Counted from the first letter of the whole stretch, positions 48,447-57,494 are shown. The stretch: DNA of 63,810 nt, filler included, from Nitrospirae bacterium CG2_30_53_67 (GCA_001873285.1; 5 parts of 5 records of this genome joined end to end with filler, not necessarily neighbours in it), one strand, 5' to 3'. Notes: generated by a model not told the origin, from the letters alone. Program-made: numbers and translations.

Positions 48447-50180
48447 ATGAAAGAGATCCTGATTTTGCTTGCGCCCCAATGGTGGGCATTCAAGAACCGG
48501 ATCCTCAGGTTTGACCGGACCCTCTACTTCAGAACCTTTTTCCTCCTGATTTTCGGCGGAGGATTCTGGGGGGGGAGTATCGTTCTGCTGAGCCATGCCT
48601 TGTCCCGTCTTCAGAGCCTTTCCCCGGATGCCGGGAGGATCCTCACCTTGAAGGGGCTCTCGCTTTTTATCCTGATCAGCTTCTTCATCCTGATGTTCAG
48701 CGGGATCATCACGGCCATCAGCCGTTTCTATCTTTCCCAGGAGCTCCCCATGCTTCTTTCATTTCCTGTCTCACGGGGGAAGATCTATGCGGCGAAGTGG
48801 ATCGAAACCCTGATCAGCGCATCCTGGATGGTCCTTCTTTTCGGCATCCCCGTGTTCTTTGCCTTCGGGCTCCAGTTTCTCGTGAATGCCTGGTATTATC
48901 CCTGGCTCCTCTTTATCCTTGCGGTTTTCGTGACCATACCCGTAGGCATCGGGATATGGCTGACCATCCTGATCATGTCGGTCCTCCCCGCACGACGGGG
49001 AAAGAGCCTTTTCGTGTTTTTGGGGTTCCTGATCTTCGCGCTCCTTTATATGCTGGTTCGGTTCATGCGTCCGGAACGCCTGATCAATCCGGAATGGTTT
49101 GCCAACCTGACCATGTTTCTGGCCGGCATGCAGGCGCCGGCATCGCCCTTTCTTCCGAGCATGTGGGCCGCCGAAGCCCTGGGTCCCTTTTTCCATACCG
49201 GCGAAGGGACTCCCGTGTTTTATGCCGTACTCCTTGCCTCAACCGGGGCGGCCATGATGGTCTTCGGATACTGGACCTTTGAGGCCCTCTATGCCGCAGG
49301 GTGGCTCAAGGCACAGGAAGGAAAAAAGGTTTTCTTCACCCTGTCCGAGACGTCCGTGCAGAACCGGAGATGGCTTTCAATCTTCGGGATCTGCCGAATC
49401 ATCCGGTTTTTGATTTACAAAATGTCCGGCAAAGTCAGACGCGGCCTGTCCGAAAAGGATATTCTCCTTTTCATCCGGGATGAAGGGCAGTGGTCTCAGA
49501 TTCCGTTGCTTGTCACCCTGATCGTCATCTACCTGTTCAGCATCAAGGCCCTGCCTCTTGAATGGGGGACGCTGGTGGGGCTGGGCATCAAATATATGGT
49601 GGCCTTTCTCAATATCGGACTTGTGGGTGTCGTGATGGCCTCGATTGCCGTGCGATTTCTGTATCCTTCCGTAAGCCTGGAAGGAAGGGCCTTCTGGCTG
49701 ATCCGGACCGCGCCGATCAGCATCCGGACATTTCTCTGGAACAAGTTTTTCGTCAATTTCATCCCCATGCTCTTTCTGACTCTGTTACTGACGGGTATCT
49801 CCACGTTCTTTCTCCATGTCAAGACCTGGATGGTCATGATCAGTATGGGCACCGGCGTTCTCCTTGCCGCATCCATCACCGGGCTTTCCGTGGGCATGGG
49901 CGCCGCCTATCCGAACTTTGAGGCGGAGAACCTATCCCAGGTCTCAACCGGCCTTCGCGGGACCTATTATATGCTTCTGGCCCTGCTTCTGATCCTGAGC
50001 ACCATTGCCCTGGAGTCCGTACCCACCATCGGGATTTTTTTAGGCGAGGTCTCCAAGGAAACCCTCCTGACACGCGCCAAGGTGGTCATCGGGCTCTTTT
50101 TTGCCGCAGTTTTGCTTCTGAACATGCTTTTTCTCTATCTCCCCATGCGGATCGGAGAGCGCAGGCTCGAAGGTGAGTAA
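48447..50180 (+). CDS. Putative ABC exporter permease
   Basis: Many TM helices; LLSFPV, FLPSMW, KDILLFIRD..QWSQ, SLEGRAFWLIRTAPI. Confidence 0.85.
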   Translation: MKEILILLAPQWWAFKNRILRFDRTLYFRTFFLLIFGGGFWGGSIVLLSHALSRLQSLSPDAGRILTLKGLSLFILISFFILMFSGIITAISRFYLSQELPMLLSFPVSRGKIYAAKWIETLISASWMVLLFGIPVFFAFGLQFLVNAWYYPWLLFILAVFVTIPVGIGIWLTILIMSVLPARRGKSLFVFLGFLIFALLYMLVRFMRPERLINPEWFANLTMFLAGMQAPASPFLPSMWAAEALGPFFHTGEGTPVFYAVLLASTGAAMMVFGYWTFEALYAAGWLKAQEGKKVFFTLSETSVQNRRWLSIFGICRIIRFLIYKMSGKVRRGLSEKDILLFIRDEGQWSQIPLLVTLIVIYLFSIKALPLEWGTLVGLGIKYMVAFLNIGLVGVVMASIAVRFLYPSVSLEGRAFWLIRTAPISIRTFLWNKFFVNFIPMLFLTLLLTGISTFFLHVKTWMVMISMGTGVLLAASITGLSVGMGAAYPNFEAENLSQVSTGLRGTYYMLLALLLILSTIALESVPTIGIFLGEVSKETLLTRAKVVIGLFFAAVLLLNMLFLYLPMRIGERRLEGE

Positions 50181-50278
50181 ACGGATCTCTCATTCTTCGG
50201 ATCAAGTGTAGGGCAGGCTCTACGAAGCTTGCCTTGCAATATAGCCTTGCATAAATGAGGCTACATATTGTCCATATC

Positions 50279-50412
50279 GTCATTCTCCGGCTTGACCGGA
50301 GAATCCATGGTTCGACAAGCTCACCATGACAATTGTCACCCTGAGCCTGTCGAAGGGTGGATTGCCCGATCGGGCCTGCCCTCCGACTCCGACCGGGGGG
50401 TCGGGCAATGAC
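50279..50412. repeat. REP cluster C
   Basis: Same arms as cluster A with the central 52 bp in the opposite orientation. Confidence 0.9.
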
Positions 50413-50574
50413 GACAGGGTGGACAAGATTAAGTATACTATGCAACCTTAGATATATTATGTCGCTTTAATTATGTAATGATATAAAGTGGTATGCAGGG
50501 AGCAGAAATCCATTCAATATTATAAACTGTCATTCCTGCGGAGGCAGGAATCTATTTTCACTCAGAGTAACCCT

Positions 50575-50619
50575 ATGAAATATTATTATGTTTACATATT
50601 GGAGAGTAAAAAGATCTGA
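50575..50619 (+). pseudogene. N-terminal stub of a second GIY-YIG nuclease
   Basis: MKYYYVYILESKKI*, preceded by the REP gtcattcctgcggaggcaggaatc (50529-50552). Confidence 0.55.
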
Positions 50620-50723
50620 CCAATTTATTGTATTGTCTAAGCCAGGAAAATATTTTATAATTTAATAGGTTAGCAAGACTGTCAGGAAATTGTATCCGGA
50701 AATTTGGGCTGCAGGAGCGGCGA

Positions 50724-51671
50724 ATGACTCAAAAGTTTGACCTATCCATCGTCATCCCGGTATTCAACGAGTCCGGAAGTCTTGAAGATCTCCTGAATTC
50801 TCTGCACGCGGCATTGGCCCCTCTTGCCCGTCCCTATGAGATCATCTTTGTGGATGACGGAAGCAGGGACGGCACGAGCGAGAAACTCGAAGCGCTTCAC
50901 GCAAAAGACCCCATGGCCAAGGTCATCCAGTTGCGGGATAACTTCGGCAAGGCCGTGGCCCTGTCCGTGGGTTTCGAACATGCCTCCGGAGACATCATCT
51001 TTACCATGGACGGCGACCTGCAGGACGATCCTCAGGAGATTCCTCATTTTCTTGAAAAACTTGATGAAGGATTTGATCTTGTCTCGGGTTGGAAATTCAA
51101 GAGAATGGACCCGGTCGGGAAGACTTTGCCGTCCCGGATCTTCAACCGGGCGGTCTCTTTGATGACGGGGATCAAGCTCCATGATTTCAACTGCGGGTTC
51201 AAGTGCTGCCGGAAGGACGTGATCCGGAATATCCGGATCTACGGGGAACTGCACCGGTTCATCCCAGTGCTCGCCAGGTGGAAGGGATTCAGGGTTGCCG
51301 AAATCAAGGTGGAACATCATCCGAGAATTCATGGGGTGTCAAAGTACGGCATGGAGCGCTTCACGCGGGGGTTCCTGGACCTCCTGACCATTCTTTTCTT
51401 GACGCGTTATCTTAAAAGGCCCCTCCACTTCTTCGGCGGCATCGGACTGCTCTGTCTCATCCCCGGCATGGCATTGAGCGCCTTTTTTGCCGTGCAGTGG
51501 CTCCTCGGATATCCCATGCATGTCCGGCCCCTCATGGTCTTCGGCTGGGTGGCGATCATCATGGGGATCCAGTTCATCTCCATGGGCCTGCTCGGTGAGA
51601 TGCTGATCCATTCGATGCATGCCGACAGGAAGAAAGAAGACCCTTCGATCATTATGAAAAAACTCATATGA
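50724..51671 (+). CDS. GT2 polyprenol-phosphate glycosyltransferase (ArnC/DPM-like)
   Basis: SIVIPVFNE, VDDGSRD, NFGKA, MDGDLQDDP, HDFNCGFK, GELHRFIP; 2 C-terminal TM. Confidence 0.93.
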   Translation: MTQKFDLSIVIPVFNESGSLEDLLNSLHAALAPLARPYEIIFVDDGSRDGTSEKLEALHAKDPMAKVIQLRDNFGKAVALSVGFEHASGDIIFTMDGDLQDDPQEIPHFLEKLDEGFDLVSGWKFKRMDPVGKTLPSRIFNRAVSLMTGIKLHDFNCGFKCCRKDVIRNIRIYGELHRFIPVLARWKGFRVAEIKVEHHPRIHGVSKYGMERFTRGFLDLLTILFLTRYLKRPLHFFGGIGLLCLIPGMALSAFFAVQWLLGYPMHVRPLMVFGWVAIIMGIQFISMGLLGEMLIHSMHADRKKEDPSIIMKKLI

Positions 51672-52975
51672 AACATCCACGAGACCTGGGCTCACAAAGA
51701 GGCATGAAAATTTTCCCCCTCACCTTTATCCTCTCCCTAACGGGGAGAGGAAATAATAGTAGTGGAAAGAGGGATGTAAACGACCGAGTCCCCTCTCCCC
51801 TCTGGGGAGAGGGTGGGGGTGAGGGGCATTCCCATCTGAAGATCTGTTATTTTGGGACCTATGAGAAGAATTATCCGAGAAACAGGGTCATCATTGAAGG
51901 ACTCCGAAGAAACGGGGTGGAGGTGATCGAATGCCATTATCCTTTATGGGAGAGAGAGCATCACAAAACCGGCGGGTATCTTTCATTCATCAATCTGACG
52001 CTGCTCAGCTTCCGGCTCCTGTGGGGGTATATCCATCTCTGCTTCCGGTATTTTCGGATCGGACCATTCGATATTCTCATGGTGGGGTATATCGGTCAGA
52101 TGGATCTTCTCCTGGCAAAGTTATTAAACCTTGTGCATCGGCGGCCTCTTGTGTTCAACCCTCTGATCTCCCTTTATGATACCCTTGTCCTTGACCGGGG
52201 GATTTTTCGGGAAAGGTCGGTTCTCGCGAAACTCCTTTATTATCTGGACAAGTGGTCGATGAAACTTTCCGACCTTGTTATCCTGGACACGGATACGCAT
52301 ATCGAACATATCGCCGCACTTTTTCATGTTGACCGGAAGAAATTCATCAGGGTTTTCGTCGGGGCCGAAGAGAATCTATTTTACTCGAGACAAAGCGCCC
52401 CCATGCAGGACGGGGTGTTCAGGGTCCTTTTTTACGGGAAATATATTCCCCTTCATGGGATCCATCATATCCTTCACGCGGCCAAAGCGTTGGAGGGGAA
52501 TCAGGAGATCCGATTTCAGATGATCGGGAAAGGCCAGCTCTCTCGCGAGATCCGCGAATTGGCTTTAAAGCTTGAACTCAGGAATATCGAGTTCATCGAG
52601 TGGGTGAGATATGAAGAGCTTCCGGGATATATCCATCAGGCGGATGTCTGTCTCGGGATCTTCGGAGATACGGACAAGGCGCGGCGGGTCATCCCCAACA
52701 AGGTCTTTCAATGCTTGGCCATGGGCAAACCGGTGGTGACGCGTGCATCCCAAGCCTTCTCGGAATTGTTGACCGGCGGACACGATGTCCTTTTCTGTGA
52801 ACCGCCATATATCCAGTCTATAAAGGAATCCATTCTGCGGCTGAAAGAGGATGCTGAACTTAAACGCCGACTCTCAGAAAATGCATTGGAGTTATTCAGG
52901 GGTCATTTGGCCCAGGCAAAGCTGACTGCCGGATTGGCCGAGGAGATCGGAAAGAGGTTTGCGTGCAACTCCTAA
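51668..52975 (+). CDS. GT4 glycosyltransferase with a REP-derived N-terminal insert
   Basis: KICYFGTY..YPRN, LFYGKYIPLHG, ADVCLGIFG, IPNKVFQCLAMGKPVVT; ATG overlaps the GT2 stop. Confidence 0.88.
   Translation: MKHPRDLGSQRGMKIFPLTFILSLTGRGNNSSGKRDVNDRVPSPLWGEGGGEGHSHLKICYFGTYEKNYPRNRVIIEGLRRNGVEVIECHYPLWEREHHKTGGYLSFINLTLLSFRLLWGYIHLCFRYFRIGPFDILMVGYIGQMDLLLAKLLNLVHRRPLVFNPLISLYDTLVLDRGIFRERSVLAKLLYYLDKWSMKLSDLVILDTDTHIEHIAALFHVDRKKFIRVFVGAEENLFYSRQSAPMQDGVFRVLFYGKYIPLHGIHHILHAAKALEGNQEIRFQMIGKGQLSREIRELALKLELRNIEFIEWVRYEELPGYIHQADVCLGIFGDTDKARRVIPNKVFQCLAMGKPVVTRASQAFSELLTGGHDVLFCEPPYIQSIKESILRLKEDAELKRRLSENALELFRGHLAQAKLTAGLAEEIGKRFACNS
51715..51826. repeat. CCCTCTCCC-family REP doublet inside the GT4 reading frame
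   Basis: ccccctcacc...cctctccctaacggggagagg ... ccctctcccctctggggagaggg...gtgagggg. Confidence 0.85.
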
Positions 52976-53010
52976 TTTTTCAACACTCTGATGTTTGGGA
53001 TTTATAGTTC

Positions 53011-53456
53011 GTCATTCTCCGGCCTGCCTGTGCGTGTCCGCACGCAGACAGATCTGACCGGACTTCAGATAATAGACGAATACCTGTCTGCCATTGTACA
53101 GGCAGGCCTATTAAACGGTTTTACACTTTGTCATTGTCCGGCTCGACCGGACAATCCAGTTTCTTTAATTGTTTAAATTTCCCGGTCAAGCCGGGGAACG
53201 GCGTCTGGATTCCCCGATCAAGTCGTGGAATGACAGAGGGTGGTGCGGAGAATGACAGGGTTTGTAATCGTGGAATGACAGGACATCATTGTTTTGTCAT
53301 TGCCCGACCCCACGATCGGGCCTGCCCTCCGACTTGATCGGAGGGTCGGAGGGCATGCTTGATCGGGCAATCCAGTTCCTTGTTTCGTCATTCTCCGGCC
53401 TGCCCTCTTGCCCTCGGCTTGCCGGGGCGGTTTACCGGGGCTCGACCGGACAATCC
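53011..53456. repeat. REP array upstream of the GIY-YIG gene
   Basis: Multiple GTCATT..AATCC and GGATT..GAATGAC hairpins, several with CCTGCC inserts. Confidence 0.9.
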
Positions 53457-53464
53457 AGATTTAT

Positions 53465-53782
53465 ATGGAAAAGAGTTATTACATTTACATATTGGCGAGT
53501 CAGCGAAATGGTACTTTGTATATTGGAGTAACCTCTGATTTGATAAAGCGTATTTGGCAGCATAAGAATAAATTAGTGGAAGGGTTTACTGAAAAATATG
53601 GTGTAGATAAACTTGTCTATTATGAACAGTTTGAAGACGCAGAATATGCTCTCAATAGAGAGAAGAGATTGAAAAAATACAATCGAAAATGGAAAATGGA
53701 TATGATTGAAAAGTTGAACCCGGATTGGAAAGATTTGTATGAGGAGTTAATATCTGGATTCCCCGATCCAGTCGGGGAATGA
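53465..53782 (+). CDS. Stand-alone GIY-YIG nuclease
   Basis: YYIYILASQRNGTLYIGVTSDL.KR.WQH, LVYYE, REK.LK, WK..IE..NP.W.DL; AT-rich. Confidence 0.93.
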   Translation: MEKSYYIYILASQRNGTLYIGVTSDLIKRIWQHKNKLVEGFTEKYGVDKLVYYEQFEDAEYALNREKRLKKYNRKWKMDMIEKLNPDWKDLYEELISGFPDPVGE

Positions 53783-53976
53783 CAGGGGGTGGTGCGTGGA
53801 ATGACTGGGTTTGTAATCATGGAATGAGACGACATCGTTGTTTTTGTCATTGTCCGGCTTGCCCTCGGTTTACCGGGGCTCGACCGGACAATACAATTCT
53901 TTGTTTTGTCATTGCCCGACTTGATCGGGCAATCCAGAGAGGGGTTCTGGATTCTCCGGTTGGGTCGGAGAATGAC
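53753..53976. repeat. REP array downstream of and overlapping the GIY-YIG gene
   Basis: 53753-53856 is a direct repeat of 53204-53305. Confidence 0.9.
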
Positions 53977-54020
53977 AATATATAGCATTATTTGTGCAAA
54001 GCTATATAAGAGGTTGCACG

Positions 54021-54155
54021 ATGACTCCTTCTTGCGATCAGGCAAAAAAGATGGCATGGGGCGAAGAGCCGGAATTCTTCGGCCCACGCCACTATTTCAG
54101 AGAGAGCATGATCATCCGGAATCTGAAGAAAAGGGTGCCGGGGCAATCGCGTGTC
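54021..54155 (+). CDS. N-terminus of an unknown protein, possibly a class I SAM methyltransferase (partial)
   Basis: MTPSCDQAKKMAWGEEPEFFGPRHYFRESMIIRNLKKRVPGQSRV, open into the gap; GAGG RBS. Confidence 0.4.
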
Positions 54156-54255
54156 NNNNNNNNNNNNNNNNNNNNNNNNNNNNNNNNNNNNNNNNNNNNT
54201 TAATTAATTAANNNNNNNNNNNNNNNNNNNNNNNNNNNNNNNNNNNNNNNNNNNN
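54156..54255. other. Artificial contig linker
   Basis: N + TTAATTAATTAA + N. Confidence 0.98.
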
Positions 54256-54430
54256 AAGTGCTAAAATCATAAGGGGCCGAGGATTATAGGGTCCAAGGGT
54301 TCCAGTGTTTTTCTCTGAAGATTTTGCTTGCGTTTCAGTATCTCACTTGAACCCTTGACCCCTCGACCCCTGGAACCCTATGGATCTTCAACCCTCGAAC
54401 CCTTTTTACCCACTCGATGGGAGAAGAACC
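54256..54430 (-). repeat. Octamer-repeat MITE copy (reverse orientation, cut by the contig end)
   Basis: Reverse complement of 25393-~25525; ends in tgggagaagaacc. Confidence 0.85.
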
Positions 54431-55377
54431 AAATCATTCAAATTCTTTTGAACAAGATGGATCAATATTTCAAGTGAATTCTCAAGTGATCCGGAGGTCC
54501 CGATGTCCAGCCATTGGATTCTCGGTTCAGCCTTGAACCAAGTCATCTGGTGTTTGGCGAAATGGCGGGTCTCCTGTTTTAAGATCTCAACCGACTGGTT
54601 CAGGGTTATTTGCTTTTTTAGATACGGGAGGATTTCCTTATAGCCCAGCCCCTGCATGGAAACCGAGTCCATGGGGACCCCCATTTTCAGGAGGTTTTTG
54701 ACCTCATTGACCAGTCCCATCGCAATCATCCTGTCCACTCTGTTTTCGATATTCAGGTAGAGGCGATTCCGGCTGGTTGTGAGACCGATCATGATGATCC
54801 GGTACTCTTCTTCTCTTATCTCCTTCTCCTCCTTCTGCAAGACGGAGATCGGTTGTCCTGTGATCTCAAAGACCTCGAGCGCCCGGATCAATCGCCGTTC
54901 ATCATTAGGATGGATTCTGTTGGCAGACTCCGGATCCACTCCTTTTAACCGTCCATATAAGGCATTAGAGCCTTCCTTTAAGGCCAAATCTTTAAAGCGC
55001 TTCCTTAAGTCGGCGTCGGCCTCGGGTCCCTCAAAAAGACCATCGGTCAGGGCGCGGATATAGAGGCCGGCGCCGCCGATCACCAGGGGGATCTTCCCTG
55101 CATGATGAAGCGTTTGAATCACGGCATCGGCATCCTTTTTATATCGGCCGACGCTGTAGGCCTCCGTGGGATGGACAAAATCCACAAGGTGGTGCCGTAC
55201 AAGGGACCGATCCTTGAGCGTGGGTTTCCCTGTCCCGATATCCATATATTGATAAATCTGCATGGAATCGGCGCTCACGATCTCCGTGTTCAGGCGCTGA
55301 GCCAGCCTGATGCCGTGTTCAGTCTTGCCCACGGCTGTAGGGCCGACCAGAAAGAGGATGGTTTTTTTAGAGCTCAT
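54406..55377 (-). CDS. miaA: tRNA dimethylallyltransferase
   Basis: GPTAVGKT, SADSMQIY..MDIGTGKP, HHLVD, IHPND.RR..RALEV, GLGYKE, AK.Q.TWF. Confidence 0.97.
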   Translation of the reverse strand: MSSKKTILFLVGPTAVGKTEHGIRLAQRLNTEIVSADSMQIYQYMDIGTGKPTLKDRSLVRHHLVDFVHPTEAYSVGRYKKDADAVIQTLHHAGKIPLVIGGAGLYIRALTDGLFEGPEADADLRKRFKDLALKEGSNALYGRLKGVDPESANRIHPNDERRLIRALEVFEITGQPISVLQKEEKEIREEEYRIIMIGLTTSRNRLYLNIENRVDRMIAMGLVNEVKNLLKMGVPMDSVSMQGLGYKEILPYLKKQITLNQSVEILKQETRHFAKHQMTWFKAEPRIQWLDIGTSGSLENSLEILIHLVQKNLNDLVLLPSSG

Positions 55378-55444
55378 CTCCGGATCTCCCCGATGTTTTG
55401 TCATTTCCCTGTCTACTCTATACCCTGCTATATAGCTTTGTACA

Positions 55445-55615
55445 AATAGGGTCCGAGGGGTCAAGGGGCCAAGGGTTCAAGTGAAATACTGAAACGCAAG
55501 CAAAATCTCCAGAAAAAAAAACACTGGAACCATAGGACCCTTGACCCCTTATGTTTTTAGTACTTCACTTGACCCCTGGAATCCTTGACCCCTTGACCCC
55601 TTATTTTTCACCACT
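55445..55615 (+). repeat. Octamer-repeat MITE copy between mutL and miaA
   Basis: caagtgaaatactgaaacgcaagcaaaatctccaga... matches the 25393-25603 core. Confidence 0.85.
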
Positions 55616-55620
55616 GGTTA

Positions 55621-57390
55621 CTATTTTCTCTGAAAACGCTTTTCTATCTCATAAAGGTCGATCCGGATCATGGTGGGCCGCCCGTGTTCACAGGTATGGG
55701 GCGAATCGGTCTCCCCGAGGTCTCGGATCAGTGCCTCCATTTCTTCACGGCTCAGACGTCTGTTGGCCTTGACCGCGGCGCGGCATGAGAAGACATGGAT
55801 GATATCTTCCATGCGCCGGTCAAGTTCTCCTCCCTGCTCCAAGGCGACGATCTCTTCCAGAAGCGATCGGACGATCTCCTGGATATCCATGTCCGCGACC
55901 CACATGGGAACTCCTTTGACCGAAAAGGTTCCGCGGCCGAAGTCCTCCACCTCGATTCCAAGACGGCGAAGGGTTTTTAGGTGTTCTGCAAGGAGAATCC
56001 TCTCCTTCCCTGAAAGTTCCAGATTCACCGGGATCAGGAGCTGCTGTACGGGTATCTTCGATAGCCGATAGACCTGTTTGAACTTTTCATACAGGATCCG
56101 CTCATGGGCCGCGTGCTGATCAATCAGGATCAGGCCGTCCCTGTCCTGCGTAATGATGAACGAGTCTGCGATCTGTCCCAGCGGGACCAGGCGCTCCTTA
56201 TCGAAAAGGGCTCGGACTGCCGGAGCGGGCTTCCCCGGTTCCGGCTGTATCCTGCCGGTGAAGGCCGGCCTTCCAGTCGTTCGTTCTTCATGGAACCTAT
56301 GTTCTCCTGCCGTCCGGAGGTAGCTCTCCACGGCCTCTTTGACCCTCTCCACACGTTCGGAGGCCGGCCATGGGGAGGGCCTCTCATCTTCCTGCGCGCG
56401 TCCGTATCCCTGCGCGGTCTTCCGGACACTGTCCCGTGTAAAATCGTGGATCCTTTTAGGATCCGTGAATCGGACCTCGCGTTTGGCGGGATGGACATTC
56501 ACGTCCACCAGGGCCGGGTCCACGTCCAGAAACAGGTAGACCAGCGGATGTCTCCCCTTCATCAAAAGGGTTTCATAGGCCGCATAGACCGCATGCCGCA
56601 GGGTACGGTCCGATACCGGGCGGCGGTTCACGAAAAAGCTTAATCCTGTCCCCGATGGTTTTGTAAATCCGGGGATCGAAATCAACCCGAAGAGGCGCAG
56701 CCCTTCCCTCCCCTCCTCCAGTTCCATGAGGTTCCCCCTTGCATCCTTGCCCAGGAGCTGAACTGAGCGTTCAAGGATGGAGGAGACCCCTGGCGATTTG
56801 ATCAGGGTCCGGTCGTGGTGCTTGAGAGTGAAATAGACGCCGGGATGGGCCAAGGCAGTCTCGGTCATGATTCCCGTAATATGGGAGAGTTCGGTTTCCC
56901 TGGATTTGAGAAACTTTCTTCGTACGGCGGTATTGTAAAAAAGGCCGCGAACCTCCAAGGTCGTTCCCCTGCCCCGTCCTGCGGCGCGTACATCCTGGAT
57001 TTTCCCTCCCTCGATCAGGATCTCGGAACCCGAGGACGGGTTCCCGTCCGAGGTCACGATCCGCACCTTGGAGACCGAGGCGATACTCGGGAGAGCCTCC
57101 CCTCGAAACCCGAGGGTGGCGATCTTATCAAGATCGCAAAGCTCCTTGACCTTGCTGGTGGCATGGCGTTCAAAGGCGAGAAGCGCATCGTCGCCGTTCA
57201 TGCCGCATCCGTTGTCCTGCACGCGGATCAGCCGGCATCCCCCTTCCTCCACCTCCACGGAGATATCCGTGGCGCCGGCGTCCAGGGAATTTTCCACCAG
57301 CTCCTTAACCACCGAGGCGGGACGTTCAACCACCTGGCCGGCGGCGATCTTGTTGATCAGTTCATCCGTTAATATCCGTATCTGCCCCAT
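55621..57390 (-). CDS. mutL: DNA mismatch repair protein MutL
   Basis: IAAGQVVERPASVVKELVENSLDAG, HATSK, GFRGEAL, DVNVHPAK, DQHAAHERILYE endonuclease motif, SCR, C.HGRP. Confidence 0.98.
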   Translation of the reverse strand: MGQIRILTDELINKIAAGQVVERPASVVKELVENSLDAGATDISVEVEEGGCRLIRVQDNGCGMNGDDALLAFERHATSKVKELCDLDKIATLGFRGEALPSIASVSKVRIVTSDGNPSSGSEILIEGGKIQDVRAAGRGRGTTLEVRGLFYNTAVRRKFLKSRETELSHITGIMTETALAHPGVYFTLKHHDRTLIKSPGVSSILERSVQLLGKDARGNLMELEEGREGLRLFGLISIPGFTKPSGTGLSFFVNRRPVSDRTLRHAVYAAYETLLMKGRHPLVYLFLDVDPALVDVNVHPAKREVRFTDPKRIHDFTRDSVRKTAQGYGRAQEDERPSPWPASERVERVKEAVESYLRTAGEHRFHEERTTGRPAFTGRIQPEPGKPAPAVRALFDKERLVPLGQIADSFIITQDRDGLILIDQHAAHERILYEKFKQVYRLSKIPVQQLLIPVNLELSGKERILLAEHLKTLRRLGIEVEDFGRGTFSVKGVPMWVADMDIQEIVRSLLEEIVALEQGGELDRRMEDIIHVFSCRAAVKANRRLSREEMEALIRDLGETDSPHTCEHGRPTMIRIDLYEIEKRFQRK

Positions 57391-57402
57391 TCTGTGTAAA
57401 GT

Positions 57403-57494
57403 CCTTTCCGGGAGTATGCAGTTAACCGATTGCAAATAGGCCCCTTTGAAGGGCCGTCAAACGTCAAGCCTCCGGCTTTGCCGGAGGTTGATGA
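57403..57494. mobile_element. Empty, partial copy of the IS200-like non-autonomous element
   Basis: Reverse complement aligns to 43877-43949 joined directly to 44058-~44078. Confidence 0.8.

Noticed and set aside
53204..53976. Periodic GAATGAC units as a CRISPR array
   Set aside because: Units are too short and variable, the spacers are themselves duplicated, and no cas genes are present.
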